Of a stretch of 64,000 nt of DNA, positions 13,690 through 28,263 are shown piece by piece. Each line of letters starts with the position of its first letter. Position 1 is the stretch's first letter. The DNA lies in NCBI RefSeq assembly GCF_009914755.1, contig NC_060925.1; one strand, 5' to 3'. Made by a program: the position numbers and the translations under genes. Source of the DNA: the human T2T-CHM13v2.0 reference genome, Homo sapiens. A model generated the notes under the pieces. That model had not been told where the DNA came from and ran no database searches. It was given only the letters and a program-made list of their open reading frames with translations.

Positions 13690-14790
13690 TTAATGAATAG
13701 TTGTTTCTAGTCTTTTGTTGTTACAAGCAATATTTTAATAATATCTGACAATTATTTTATACACATATGTCATTTTACACTTATGTGACTATGTAAAATA
13801 AATTATAGAAGAGGACAGTTTAGACGATGGACTGTGTGACTTTTTATTTTCACAGATATTGACAAATTGTCCTCCATAGATGGTAAATTAAATTACATTC
13901 CAGCTAACAGTATGTGAAATCATTTGTTTCCTCAAGCCCTTATCAAAACATTGTGTTATCAAAGCTTTTTTTTTTTTTTAGGTCTGACATATAAAATGGC
14001 TCTTACAGTTTTACTTTAAATTTATCTTATTAATGAAGTTGAACATACTTCTTTTCTATTCAGAAATTTGCAAATCTTTGTATTAGATTGTTGGTTTTTT
14101 TTCTTATCGGTTAGAAGATGCTCTTTATATATTACAGAAATTAACTTTTCTATGATATATAGTAAATAATTTCTCAGCTCATAACTTGATTTTGCTTTTT
14201 AATATTTTTTCTAGACATTTAAAAAAGTGTAAGTAGCCAAATTTATCTCTTTTCTTTCATGATCTCTAAAATGTATGACATAGAGAGGCCATTTCTTGTT
14301 CCAAAATTACAAAAAAATGTTTTTGGTATTTTAATATTTTTATTTTTTTCTTAATTTAAATTTCTGAATGATTTAGAATGTATTATGGTAGAAGGGACAG
14401 TGTCAATATATTATACAACTTTATTTTTCTTCTCCAGATAGCTGCTCAAGTGTTGCCAAACTATTTATTGAATCATCTACCTTTTTTTCTTGCTGGTAGG
14501 CATGTGCCTTCTCTGTTATATACTAAATTCTGAATTGTATTTGGATCTATTTTTGGACTATCTATTCTGTTTCAATGAATTGTCTGTTTATCCACATTTG
14601 ATTGCCACACTCTTAATTATTGTAGTTTTCTAATACATTTTCATATTCATGAAGGAAGTCCACCTTTATTCCTCTTTTTCAGAATGTTCTTGGCTACTTC
14701 TGCTTGTATTTCTCTAATACTCTTTGGAATTAGACTGATCTAAAACAAAACAAAGCAAAAAACCCCCACTAAACCCCAGCTGGTATTTTT
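13690..14790 (-). mobile_element. Old L1 (L1ME-like) 3' ORF2/UTR remnant; its 3' tip probably lies at ~12650-12940
   Basis: T-rich antisense L1 text, e.g. tatattctgtttcaatgaattgtc, ttaattattgtagtttt. Confidence 0.6.
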
Positions 14791-16140
14791 ACTGGAGTCA
14801 CGCCCTTACCTTACCCTGAAACCTATTACCACTGATCTGTTCACCAACACCATAGGTTTTGTCTTTTTGAAAATGTCTTATAAATGGAATTATACTATAT
14901 GGAAACTTTTGAGACCAGTACTTTCATTCTGCTCAACGTTGCCATTCATTACTTTTTCATTGCCGAGTAATACTCCATTGTATTCATGTACCAATTTGTT
15001 TATCTGCTTCCTGGATATATAAGTTTGGGATGATCATGAATAGATGTTCTACAAATATTTATATATAGGTTTTCATGTAAACAGTTTCATTTCTCCAAGG
15101 GAAACACTCAGATGTGGAATGGTTGCGTTAGATAGTAAGTGTATGTTTAACATTGTAAGAAATTGTCAACACATTTTTATTATTTTGATTTTGTGTGTAT
15201 TTTGTTTTTTGGCTATTTTAATAGGCGTGTACTGGTATCTCATTGTGGTTTTAATGGTTTGCATTTCTCTAATGGTTAACGATGTTGAACAACTTTGCAT
15301 GGGCTTATTTTCCATTTCTGTATCCTCTTAAGTGAAGTATCTGTCCAAATTTTTGTCCATTATTTATTGGGTTGTTTGTTTGCTTGCTGTTGAGTCAGAT
15401 ATGTGATTTGCCAATATTTTTAACTAGTCTGTAACTTGTCTGTTCATTATCTGAAAAGTGTCTCCTAGAAGAAAAGTTTTACAATTTCGTTGAAGTCCTA
15501 TTTAGCGATTGTTTCTTTTATGGATTCTGTTTTTGGTTTTATGTCTAGCAAATATTTGCTTAACTCCAGGTCACAGATATTTTCTCCTATGTTCGCTTTT
15601 AAAAAGTGTATGATTTTACATATTGCACTTAGAGCTAGGATCCATTCTGAGCTAACTTTTGTCTAATGTGTGAGGCTTAGGTTGAGGGTTCTCTGTTTTT
15701 TTGTTTTTGTTTGCATTTAGATGTCTTATTGTTCTAATACCACTTATTGAAAAAAAAATCTTCTCCATTGAATTTGCCTTTGCACCTTTGTCAAAAATCA
15801 ATTGTCTGTATTTGTGGAGTTTATTTCTATTATGTCTCTTCTGTTCTATTCATTTTTGTGCCTATCACATCACCAATACCACATTGTTTTCATTACTGTA
15901 GGTCTATATAGGTCTTCAAATTGGTTAGTCAAATTTCCCAAAATTTAGTTTTCTTTTAAGAAATTGTTTTGGCTATACTAATTACTTTGCCTTTCAGTAT
16001 ACATTTTTGAATCAGTATGTCTATAGTTACAAAAAGAATCCTGCTGAAATTTTTATTGATATAGTGTTACATCTATAGATCACTTTGGGGGAAACTGGAA
16101 ACCTTTCCTATGCTGAGTTTTCCAATATGTGACCGCAGTA

Positions 16141-16451
16141 CAATCAGCTCTCCATATCTCAGATTCTACGTTGGTGGATTGAACCAACAGTGGATCAAAA
16201 ATATTCAGAAAAAATAACAACAATAACAATAATACAAGTAAAAAATACAGTATAACAATTATTTATATAGCATCTACATTAGGTATTAGGTATTATAAGC
16301 AATCTAGAGATGATTTAAAGTATATGGGAGGGTAAGCATAGGTTATATGCAAATACTATACCATTTTATATAAGGAGCTTGAGGATCTGTGGATTTTTAT
16401 ATCCACAGGGGTTCCTGGAACTAATCCTCTGCAGATGCCAAGGGACAACCA
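16141..16451 (-). mobile_element. MER2 (TcMar-Tigger) DNA transposon
   Basis: aatctagagatgatttaaagtata...tatgcaaatactataccattttatataagg; degenerate TIRs flanked by TA on both sides. Confidence 0.9.
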
Positions 16452-18447
16452 TATATCTCTCCATTTATTTAAGTCTTTAAAAAAATTCTTGTTAGTATTT
16501 TGTAATTTTCAGCATATAGATGCTCTATATATTTTTTATTAGGTTTTTACCTAAGTATTTCCATTTTTGAGCTATTTTAAATGGCATTTTTTAAGAACTG
16601 GTTTTCACTAATTCATTGCTAGTATATAAAAATACAACTGAGTTTTGTGTGTTCATCTTGTATCTTGTGACCTTGCTAAACTCACTTGAGTTCTAGGATT
16701 TTTTTTTTCTGTAAATTTCTTAGAATTTTTTGTGTGGGCAATCATGCTATCTGAAAATAGGGGCAGCTTTTCTTCTTGCTTTCCAATTTACAGGCTTTTA
16801 TTTCTTTTTCTTGCCTTATTGCACTGGCTAGGGTTTCCCTACAAAGCTTATGTGAGAATGGACAGTTTTGCCATGTTCCTGATATTAGAGGGAAAACATT
16901 CAAGTCTTTCACCATTAAGTATAAAGTTAGTTGTAGGGTTTTTTTGGTAGATGCCCTTCATCTGGTTGAGAATATAATAATGTTTTTTCTTCTTTAGATT
17001 CTTAACATGGTAAATTACAGTGATTGATTTCTGGATATTGAAGCATCTTTGCATTCTCAGGATAAATTCCATTTGGCCATAGTATATTCTTCTTTTATAT
17101 GTTGCTCAATTTTATTTTCTAATATTCTGTTGGTGATTTTTGCATTTCTGTTTCTGAGGGATATTGGTTTCTAGTTTTCTTTTGTGGTACTGTCTTTGGT
17201 TTTGGTATCAAGATGTTACTGATCTCATAAAATGAGTTGGGAAATATTCCTGACTCTTCTGTTTTCTGGAAGAGTTTGTGTAAAATTGATACTATTTCTT
17301 CTTTAAACATTTAGTAAAATTTGTCAGGGAAACCATCTAGGCCTAGAGAATTTTTTTTTTCAGAAAGTTTTAAACTACTAATTCAATTTATTTAATAGTT
17401 ACAGGACTATTCCAGGGTTGTTGTTGTTTTTTTTTAAATCTGGGTGCATTTTGGTAGTTTGTGGTTTTCAAAGATTGGTTTATTTCATCTAAGTTGTAGA
17501 ATTTATCTATGTGAAGTTGTTCACTGTTTTCCCTTATCTTTTTTATGTCTGTGGAGTCTAATATCTAGTCTCTCATTTCTGATATTGGTAGGTTTTGTCT
17601 TCTTTCTTTTTCCTTTGTTAGTCTTGTGAGAAGTTTATTAATCTTATTTATCTTTTCAGCAAACTAGCTTTTGCTTTCATTGATTTTCTCTATTTTTTTC
17701 ATTTTCAATTCCATTTGTAATTCATTCTTATTTTACTATCTCCTTTTGGCCTGCTTTGAGCTTAATTTGCTGTTATTTTTCTAGTTTCTTAAGAAGGATG
17801 CTATATTATTGATTGAAACCTTTCTTCTTTTCTAATGTGAACATTTAATAAGATGAATTTTCCTCTAAACACTGCTTTGGCTGTATCCCACAGATTTTGA
17901 TACATTATATTTTTATTGTTTGATCAGTTAAAAATATTTTCTAATTTTTTTGACCTATGGGCTATTTAGAGAGTTTTCAATTTTCAAATATTTGGAGATT
18001 TTCCTGTTATCTTTCTGTTATTGATTTCTAAATTAATTTAATCATCAGGGAACATATTTTGTAGATTTCAATTCTTTTAGTTATTTTAAGGTTTGTTTTA
18101 TGACTCAAGACATGATCATGGTGAATATTCCATGTATAATTAAAAAGAATGTGTATTCTGCTGATGTTGGGTAGCGTACTCTCAACTATCAGTTGGAGTT
18201 GGTTGATGGTGCTATTGAGTTGTTCTATGACTGATTTCTGTCTACTCATTCTATTACTGACTGAGAGAGAAGTACTGAAGCTTCCAGCTATAGTTGTGGG
18301 TTCGTTTAGTTTTCCCTTCAGTTCTTTCAGTTTTTGCTTCATATATTTGAAAGTTGTTATTATGTATGTACATGTTTAGGATCATTATGTCTCTTTTATT
18401 ATTAAGCAGTGTCTCTTTTTATCATGGTAATTTTCTTTGCTCTGTAG

Positions 18448-18961
<514 letters not shown>

Positions 18962-19676
18962 TGAAAACTTTTATTCCTTTGTTTTTGTTCCTTTGTTTCC
19001 TCTTTCCTGCCGCCTTTTATGTTATTTGAACAATTTTTAGTATTGTATTTTACATATTGTCTTTTTTTACTATATCTCTTTGTATAGTTTTTTAATGGTT
19101 GCTCTATGGGTTACAATACATTCTTTTTGCAATCTACTTAGAATCAACATTTACCACTTCAAGTGGAACATAGCAAGCTTAACATCATACAGATTCCTTT
19201 ACTCCCTCACCCCTTATATTTTAGTTGTTTTATATATCATATATATATATATAAAACCCCAGTAAGGAATGTTATAATTTTTGCTTTCAACCATCAAAAA
19301 TATTTTAAACTACTTGAGAATAATTGTCTATTATATTTACCCAGATCTTTATTAGTTCTGTTGTTCTTCCTTCTTTCTTGATGTTCCAAACTTACTTCTG
19401 GTATCTAATTTTCCTTCCATCTGAAGAACTTCTTTTAGAAATTTCTTAGAGCAATTCTAGAGAATTACTTGTCTGCTGGCAACTAATTCTCTTAGTTTTC
19501 CTTCACATGATATTGTCCTAATTTTACTTTCATTCCTGAAGGATATTTTTGCCGAATCTAGAATCCTGAGTTGACTGACAGTTCTTTCTTTCATCACTTA
19601 AAAAATGTTTCACTTCTTTCTGGCCCCTGTAATTTCAGAGGAGAAATCTTCAGCCATTCAAATCATTGTTCCCCTA

Positions 19677-19898
19677 TGGGGTCAATAACTTTTTTCTGTA
19701 AAGGGCCAAATGGCAAGTATTTTTGTCTTTGCAAGCCATACAGTCTATATCACAACTACCTAACTGTGCCATTGTCTCACTAACACAGTCATAGATACTG
19801 CATAACAGAATAGTTATGGTTATGTTCCAATAAAACTTTATTTACAAAACAGGCAGTGAGCCAAATTTGGCCCAAGGACCATAGTTTGCTGACCTCTG
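19677..19898 (+). mobile_element. MER58A (hAT-Charlie)
   Basis: ctgtaaagggccaaat...gttccaataaaactttatttacaaaacaggcag...atagtttgctgacctctg. Confidence 0.85.
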
Positions 19899-19940
19899 CC
19901 TGGAAAGTAATGTGTCGTTTTTCTCTGGCTGCTTTCAAGA

Positions 19941-19960
19941 TTTTTCTTTTTCTTTTCTTT

Positions 19961-20024
<64 letters not shown>

Positions 20025-20045
20025 TCCTTTCTTTCTTTCTTTCTT

Positions 20046-20130
<85 letters not shown>

Positions 20131-20136
20131 TTTTTT
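19941..20136. repeat. Compound (TTTC)n-(TC)n-(TTTC)n microsatellite derived from an Alu tail
   Basis: directly visible; ~195 bp pure pyrimidine run adjoining the Alu 3' end. Confidence 0.95.
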
Positions 20137-20416
<280 letters not shown>

Positions 20417-22029
20417 AACAAGATTGTTTTTCTTTGTCTTTAGTTTTCAGTTTGATTCTGATGTATCTGATTATGGATTGCTTAGATTTATCTTGTTTGG
20501 AGTTCACTGAGCATTCAGATCTGTAGGTTTACGTCTTGTGCCAAATTTTTGAAGTTTTTGATGATTATTTACTCAAATATTTTATCTGTATCACAATCCT
20601 TTTCATCTTCTTCTAATATTCCAATAACACAGATATTAGGCCTTTTGGTATCATCTCATAGTTCCCTAGGCTCTGCTCATTTTTTAAAATCTTTTTTATT
20701 CTCTCTTATTCAGATTGGATAATTTTTATTCAAGCTCACTTTTTCCTGTAATCACCATTTGGCTCTGTAGCCCACTCAGTGAGTTTTCTGTTTGGGTTAT
20801 GGTAATTTTCAGTTCTAAAATTTCCATTTGGTTCTTTATATTCTCTACTTATTTTCTGAAACATTTCATTTTTCCATTTGTTTTTAGAGTGTTTACCCTT
20901 ACTTCTTGGAACATTTCTATAATAGCTGCTTTTAAGTCTTTGCCAGATAATTCTACCATCTATGTATCTATTTCTATGAAAGTTGAGTTTTTTTTTCTAG
21001 TTGTTATTATGCCAGCCAATTTTGGATTTTATTCTGTGCATTTTGAATATTATGTGATGAGACTCTAGGTCATGTTGAGATCTAAAGGAGAATGTTGACA
21101 TTTTTGTTCTCATAGGTAATCCAGCCAGGTGGGTTCAGGCTGCAGGTTTCAGCCTGAACTTTTGTGGACTGTGCTTTCAAGGTTAGTTCTGTTTTCAAAG
21201 CCTTTGTTGTCCTGTGTGTGGGACCTAGGGGCTGTCCTGTGTGTGCACCATACAGTGGCCAGTCTGGGGTGTGGGTGTAGGTTATCCCGTAGTTCAGTTC
21301 TCAAAGTCTTTGGCATGCTGTTAGCATCAGATCCATGCATATGCTGCTTGAGGTTGAGCCCAGGAGTTTATAAACAATTTTGTGAGATTTTCCCTCTCCA
21401 CCATCTCCTTGGGCCTCTCTTTTTCAGTCATCTGGCCATAAAGCTGGGATTTTAGTTACCTTGGTCAGTTGTACAGATGCCATGACTGCACCCACATCTG
21501 GGACCACAGCAGTAGGTTAGAGAAAGGAAAGAAAGCAACATGAGTTCTCCTTACCTCCTTGGGATCAAAGGTCTAACTATTGTGAGAGAGTTTCCCTTCT
21601 TTCATGGTTTTAGGCACCTGTGGGCCTCACTGTTGCTGCCATCACCACCCAGGATTGCCTGGGGGCTGCAGTGCAAGTGAATGGATAAAAGAAAAAAAAA
21701 ACAAAAAACGGGATTTCTTCTGCTCTCTTTGAGTGTCCAGAGCCTGTTTTCTTGCTCCTTGAGCTGCAACCAGAGCTTACCGTGGCTCTCTTTCTTTCTA
21801 CAGTCCAATTCCCAGTTTCAGGCTGCCTGGAGTCCAGACTCAGGGATGAAGGAGGAATAGGAAGCTCGTGGCTCTTTCAGGGGTGTTTCTAATTCTGGTC
21901 TTCCTCCTTAATTTGCCTGCTCCTATGTACCTTTCAATGTCCTCAGATTTGCTGCTTCAACATCAGTCCAGGTTTTATAGCTGCATTCAGGATGCTCACT
22001 CCATCTTGCCTGGAACCAGAACTGCTTCC

Positions 22030-23070
22030 ATATACTTTTGCTCACTTTCCAGGTGCTGTCCTCTCTGTCCCTTACTGACTTTCAGCAGGGTTTGTTCTCC
22101 TTTGGGCTGCTTCCAAAAGGGCCTTCTTTTCTCTGATGGCTTTATTTATTTATTTTTTCCACTTCCTTCCTGAGCTCTGCCAATTCATGTTTTATTCCCC
22201 TTTGATGTGATTTTGTGCCTTTCCTGAGCTTTTGTGTCTCTGCTTTGAGTTTTTGTTTTAAAGAAGCACTTGTTCATTATTGTTTGAAGTTGTGGTAGTG
22301 TTTGGTCAACTATTTTTAATGGCTCCATGACATTTTCTTGGTGAGTATCCTACATTTATTTATTTCTATCTCGTTACTCCTTTTTTTCTGTGTGTTTATA
22401 CTAATTGGATTATGGTTCCTTTCTTGTGATTCCTGTCTTTCGATAAAGTGGATCCCACTCTCCCACCCCCCAGAACTACTATGAAGGAATTTCTTACGGG
22501 TTGTGATCTAGGGTAGGGCCTCTGGCTAACATGAATTTCCTCTGAATCATAAAGGTCCTTAGACACAGAGCTGTGTCTGTATTTGTGAACCTTTCCCTAT
22601 CTCCAGCCAACAGAAATCAGCAGCTGCAGAGACAATACTACCAATTCAATTTCTCTTCTCTACCATCTCCTCTTTCCCTCTCCCATATCCAGTTCCCTGG
22701 ACCAGCCTATGAGTCCTGGCGGTACTCTGCTGCCAGTCTATGAATCCTGTTTTCATTTTTCTGAACAGAAGCTTGTTGGTTTTGTGCCTCGGGGCATGTG
22801 CTCACTGTTTTGATGAACTGCACTCCACGGCTTTGCCTGAGAGCTGCAGCGGTAGACGTCCTCGTTAGGGATCTTCCTGTAACCCTGTTAGACCTTTATT
22901 GCATTGGTCGGCCCTTCTCCAGACACTGTTAAAAGAGATTAGAGATAATTTCTGGACATCAAACCTAGAATTGGTATTTTTCTTTTTCTCCTTAGCATTG
23001 GGGCAGGGGTAATTTCCTGGAGGAAAAAGGAGTAACATCATATTTACTCCACTATATGAAAGTCAGAGTT
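22030..23070 (-). mobile_element. Probable very old L1/HAL1 5' remnant
   Basis: T-rich composition and weak resemblance to L1 5' antisense text only. Confidence 0.35.
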
Positions 23071-24979
23071 TGGGTATATTTATTTTTAAAATATGATACA
23101 TATTATCAAATTGCCCTCAATAATCTTAGATGTCCTTATAATTTTCTTTATAAATTTAACCTGATTTACTAGGAAAGAAGTACGTAGGGAGACAGACAGT
23201 GCCTGTGAAAAGGCTGGAAGGCAGGTTTGGAAGGTGGGCTACTTAGCTGCAGCCATCGGTCATCCTTGGAAGGCAGCGAGAAAGCAGTGCGGAGAGGGCA
23301 CATCAGAGCTCTCAGAGGCACAGAAGGGCCACTGAATCCAGGGATTACATGTTTTGAAGACAGTTTTGCATCAGGAATCTAGATTCCCACCCACAGCAGG
23401 CCAGGCAACCAACCCTAAAATTCTTAAGAGACGATTATTTGCAAAGGCAGAAAGTTCATCCCCCGGGAGGGATCCATTCCTAGGCTGAACAACTCAGTTA
23501 CCAGCAAGTTCTCACACAAATGTGAAGTCTATATACCAGTTATTTTGGTCACTTGGTGCTGTTCTTCCATCCAGAGCACCCCTGGAATCTGTTCCTCTCT
23601 ACACATAGGGCAACCGTTTGAGTACTGAAGCAGGGTCCTCCAGCAGATGACCTTCCCCAAAGCCAGCTCTGCAGAGGACAGCAGTTCTGGGTGAGCACAC
23701 CCTGTATTATCTGGGTCAAAGGCCACAGCTCCCAGTGTGGGACATGGAAGGGGTCCAGGGAGGGCCTTGCAATGGGAGCCCCAGGGTTTGGGATTTTGGA
23801 TGCTCTCAAATGTATCCTTGTGGGTGGAGACAGTCCATTTGCATTCCATGTAGATTCATGCCCTGTGTATCATGGTGCTGTTTGTGGTTCCCAACTGCCA
23901 TCTCCAGTCCAGGCATTATTAACTCTTTTTTATCATGGAACCTGAGTGTCTTAAATGATGGTTCCCAATAATTCTAAACCAAGTGAGCAAATAGGCTGTG
24001 ATGGAAGAGACAGAGGGAGCTGTGAAAAAGAACAAGAGCAGAGCTTTTAAATCACCATGTGACAAATGGAATCGTGACTTAGGTTTCACAATTGAGGTGG
24101 CTGATTTCATGTGCTATTGACAAATCTTTCACATTTCTGACAGTTACAGAGTTCCCCCTCTGGAACATAAAGTCTACATTCATGGAGGTCAGCTTCAGGT
24201 ACACCACCCCTAAGGCCTGACAGTACTTTGCTGTGCATCTGAGATCTGGCAGAAACAGCCTCTGACCACCAGAAAACCTAACTTTTCTTCCAAGTCCCAA
24301 AGAGATTACAAAAGTTTTAATCATCCTGGGACTGTCTCTGGCTGAAGGATAGATATGACCTTGAGACATTGACAAGAAGAATGATTAGATTCAGTGAAAA
24401 AGAGAGCAGGGATGAGGATGTTGAAGGGGTTTTGACTCAAGGGTCAGTGAAGGGTGCAGAGAAGACAAAGAGTGAATGAGAACATGTCTGGAGGCTCAAT
24501 TTCATTGCCCCTTCTCCTGGAAAGCAATTGGCAGCTGCTGACTTGCAGAGCATCACTTGGACCAGGGTTCATGTTGAATCTACCCACGCACCTTAGGACT
24601 TTGTGCAGCTGGAGAGAGGGTTGTTCGGGGCTTGGAGCTGCAGAAACATTATTCCTGTTGTCAGCTGAAGAAAATTGTCTGGATATAAAGGATAGGCCTT
24701 GGCCTGACTCTATTTGTCGGGGAAGCAGAACTTCACTTGGCATTTTCTTTTCTATGCAAAGGATTTGAGACCTAAGAGAGGGAAGAGATGAGGGAAGACC
24801 TTTTCGCCTTCTCCATTTCTTTCCCTGAATGTAGACTGGTTCAGCAGCTCAGGGTGAAGCCTGGGAAACAGGCCTGGCTTTTACCGTGGTGAATCACTTA
24901 TTGGCTGGGTCAATATGGACAACTCTTTAAACTTTCCTGAGCCTCAAATGCCAGATGTGGGGATTCTGTTCTGTAGGAC

Positions 24980-25817
24980 CTTGTTTTTGTGTCCTGAGGC
25001 TGCCTTAACAAAGGATTGCAAACTGGGTAGCCAGAAACAACAGAAATTATTGTCTTATAGTTCTGGAGTCCAAAAATACAAAATCAAAGCGTGGGCAGGG
25101 CAGGCTCCCTCGTAGCCTTTAGGGGTGGATCTTTCCTGGCCTCTCCCAGCTTCCAGTGGCTGCAGTGATCCTTAGTGTTCTTGGCTTATAGATGCGTCAC
25201 TGCACTCTGGTGTTCTCCCTGTGCATTTCTGCCTTCATGCCATCTCCTCCTCTGTCTTCATCCATTCTCATGCTGCTGTAAAGACACTACCTGAGACTGG
25301 GTAATTTATAGAGGAAAGAGGTTTAATTGACTCACGGTTCCATATGGCTGGGGAGGCCTCAGGAAACTTAACAATCATGGCGGAAGGCTAAGGAGAAGCA
25401 AGCTTGGACCTTCTCACATGGTGGCAGGAGAGAGAAGTGTGGAGCAATGGGAGAAGAGCCCCTTATAAAACCGTCAAATCTCATGAGAACTCACTCACTA
25501 TCCTGAGAACAGCACGGGGGAAACAACCTGCGGTGATCCAATTACCTCCCACTGCGTTCCTCCCATGACACACAGGGATTATGGGGATTAACAATCCAAG
25601 ATGAGATTTGGGAGGGGACACAGCCAAACCATGTCATCCTCCCTGGGTCTTCACATGGCCTCTTCTATTGACACCAGGCATTGGATTTAATGCTTACCCT
25701 AATCTGATATGACCTCTTCTTAACTAATTACATCTTCAGGGCCTCTATTTCCAAATAAGGTCTCTTTTGAGGTTCTGGGTGAACATAGATTTTGGAAGGA
25801 CTCTATTCACTTGGTAT
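24980..25817 (-). mobile_element. MLT1 (B/C/E-like) MaLR LTR, interrupted by THE1
   Basis: ggctgccttaacaaagg...aaacaacagaaattattgtcttatagttctggag ... tttccaaataaggtc. Confidence 0.8.
25253..25636 (-). mobile_element. THE1D/MST-type solo LTR
   Basis: TG...CA termini, gagactgggtaatttatagaggaaagaggtttaattgactcac, and a perfect 5-bp TSD tcctc. Confidence 0.92.
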
Positions 25818-25994
25818 GGATCCTTTAAAGATTAAAAGAGATAACACAAGTGAAGTAGTCAGCAGAATGCTTGACGCACGGTAAGTACTCAATAAGTGGT
25901 ATTTATTGCTGTTGCTGATGTTATTGTTGCTTGTACCATTCATAGAATCCTTTCCAGGTGGCTGTACTATTAACATCTAGTGTTCGTAACAATT

Positions 25995-26290
25995 CTGTTC
26001 GTTCATTTAGTCGCAGATGTTTATATGCCCAGCAATCTGCTAGACTGGGGGATGCAGAAATGAAAGGCCTGGCCTTTTGTTTTCAGGGAGTTCACAATCT
26101 GGGGAGGAGGCAGACACACACGAACAGCCTGTGCTGAGATCCTCAGGAGGGGAGGGTGGCCGTGCCCAGATAGGATGGGAGGAAGATGCTCTGGGGGAGG
26201 CCTCCTGGACAGATCAGGAGGATTCTCAGAGGCTTTTGAGCTGAAACTTGAGGGTGAGTTAGGATTCCCCCCATACAAATGGGGTACAGC
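25995..26290 (-). mobile_element. L2 3' fragment
   Basis: ttcgttcatttag...ctgggggatgcagaaatgaa...cagggagttcacaatctgggg. Confidence 0.65.
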
Positions 26291-26734
26291 AGTGTATGGG
26301 AGAGCGGCAGAGAGTAAGAGAGCACCTATTTGTTCACTCAGTGGCCATGTGGGGCCTCAACTTCGAAGCAAATTCCGTCCTGTCTGCCAGGGGTGAGGAG
26401 GTGGTGCAGAAACAAACTATCAAGATGTGGACCCTGTTCTTGGAACTGGATGGACAGGAACCTGCTGTAGGGAGCACAGCCCCTCTGGAGACCAACACTG
26501 TGAAGGGAAGTTGCTCCCTTGCCGGGGGTACAGGGAAGGAAGGCCTAGGATGGGGAAGGGACCACAGCAGGCCTGCGGGAGTAGGAAGGAGGCCAGGGCG
26601 AATCCCCAGGAGGCGTGTGGTCCTGGGACAGCCCACCTGACTCTGATCTTCCCCATCACTTAGTCTGGGACCTGGAAGCTGGCAGCAGCTTAGGTTAGTT
26701 AGCTGTTAGCTGTGGCTGTTGAAAGGATGACAAC

Positions 26735-26918
26735 TCTGTGATCCACCTGTGTGACACTGAAGAAGTCACTCAACCTCTCTGTGGCTCCCTGTCCTCATCT
26801 GCAAAATGGAAATGATGATAGAATCACTGTGAGGGTTCAGTGAATTAATACGTGTCTAGCCCATAGAACAGTGCTTGCCACAGTAAACACTGCTTACAAG
26901 TTTGCTCGTGTTGTTATC
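26735..26918 (+). mobile_element. MIR SINE
   Basis: gtcactcaacctctctgtg...cctcatctgcaaaatgg...agaacagtgcttgccacagtaa. Confidence 0.85.
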
Positions 26919-28149
26919 TAAGCAAAATTCCCAATCAAAGGGCTTTGAAAATGAGCTGGCAATGACTCTTTGTCGGTGCTCTCTCAGTTGTACTTGATGC
27001 CTTTAGACACAGGAGGCAGAGAAGATGGCACAGGCCTGGAAGCGGTTGAGCTGGATGACATCCACACGCAGGTGTCCTGTCTGAGCCTGTGCCCTGTGTC
27101 GGTGACCAGTCAACTGGCATATCCTGAATGGAACACAGCCCTGGGCAACTTAACAAGGGGCTAGAGGGCATAAGTTTCAAAACTCTTTTTGGGGATATTT
27201 ATAAGAGACACTTGCATTGGTTAAAAAAAATAATAATTGTAAAGTGACCAGAGCTACAAATTATTGATCTTCTCTGTTCCTTTCCTGCCTAGGGCACATT
27301 TCTTGATCCTTTTTAAGCCAAGGGGAGATGTACTTGCTTTGCCTATTGAGGCCCTTCCTACCACCCAGGCTCTGATGGCTCAGGTGCCTTCCCTATGGAT
27401 GGCCTGGGGAAATGGGCAGGTATGTGGAGCTAGCATGCTTGAAAGAAAGGGGGTGGGGGAAGATGACGGCAAGGCTGACGTCAGGGCCCAGTGTGCCAGT
27501 GCAGAAGCAGGGAGGCCCCATCCCTGGCTGGAAATTTACTGCAGCTCAGAGAACAGGCCTGTGTTCCTCCAAATAAGGCAGAAATTTTCCTGCATTGCTA
27601 GTTGTACAAACACAGGGAGGCACTGAGCAGTGGCAGGTGGCACTTGGAGATTTTCTGAATTTCAGGCATTGGGTCAGCCCGTAAAGGCTTCCCTGGGGTA
27701 TGGTGGACTTGGTCAGTGACTGGTTGGCTGGAAGTCTCTCTCCTGGGTGGTTACCTGGTATATAATGAATAAAATATAGCACTGGACAACTTAACAGGGA
27801 ATGGGAGGCGAAGGCCAGTGAGTTTCACAGCCATTTTCAGGGGATATTTACAAGGGACCCTTACCTTGGTTAAAGAAAAATGTAATGTGACCAGAGCTAC
27901 GTATTTCTGATTTTTCGCCTCCATCTTGGTATCCAATGAATCACAGCTAATATGAGCTCTGACTGTATGAAAGGGGTTTTCTTAGTTGACCACTCAGCTG
28001 AGAGAGCTACCAAATCAGAATTCCACAGGAGAGGATGGTTGGGTTCCTCAGCTATTTTGGAGGATGACATAAAATGTTGCAGAGGGAGAACCCTTCTCTG
28101 CAATCAGACGAGATTTTCCTCATTGTTCTGCAGGGCCTCACATGTTACC

Positions 28150-28263
28150 AATGAAAGCCAGCTCCCTGGTGCCACGCGTTTTACTCATTGCTGGATCCCT
28201 AGGGCCTAGCACAGTGCCTGGAACATGCACGTGCCTCTGGGCATATTCAGTGAATGAATGAAC
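28150..28263 (+). mobile_element. L2 3' end
   Basis: cctagcacagtgcctggaacat...gtgaatgaatgaa. Confidence 0.75.

Larger units (their letters stand above)
24860..25935 (+). mobile_element. MIR split by a nested MLT1/THE1 insertion (MIR parts ~24860-24962 and ~25820-25935)
   Basis: 5' half ends ttcctgagcctca...tgtgggga; 3' half resumes aagattaaaagagataac...gtactcaataagtgg. Confidence 0.65.

Noticed and set aside
27625-27645. CTCF-like GCAGGTGGCAC (also near 47680, 50785, 56185)
   Set aside because: Each misses the 5' part of the core consensus; not supportable without a PWM scan or ChIP data
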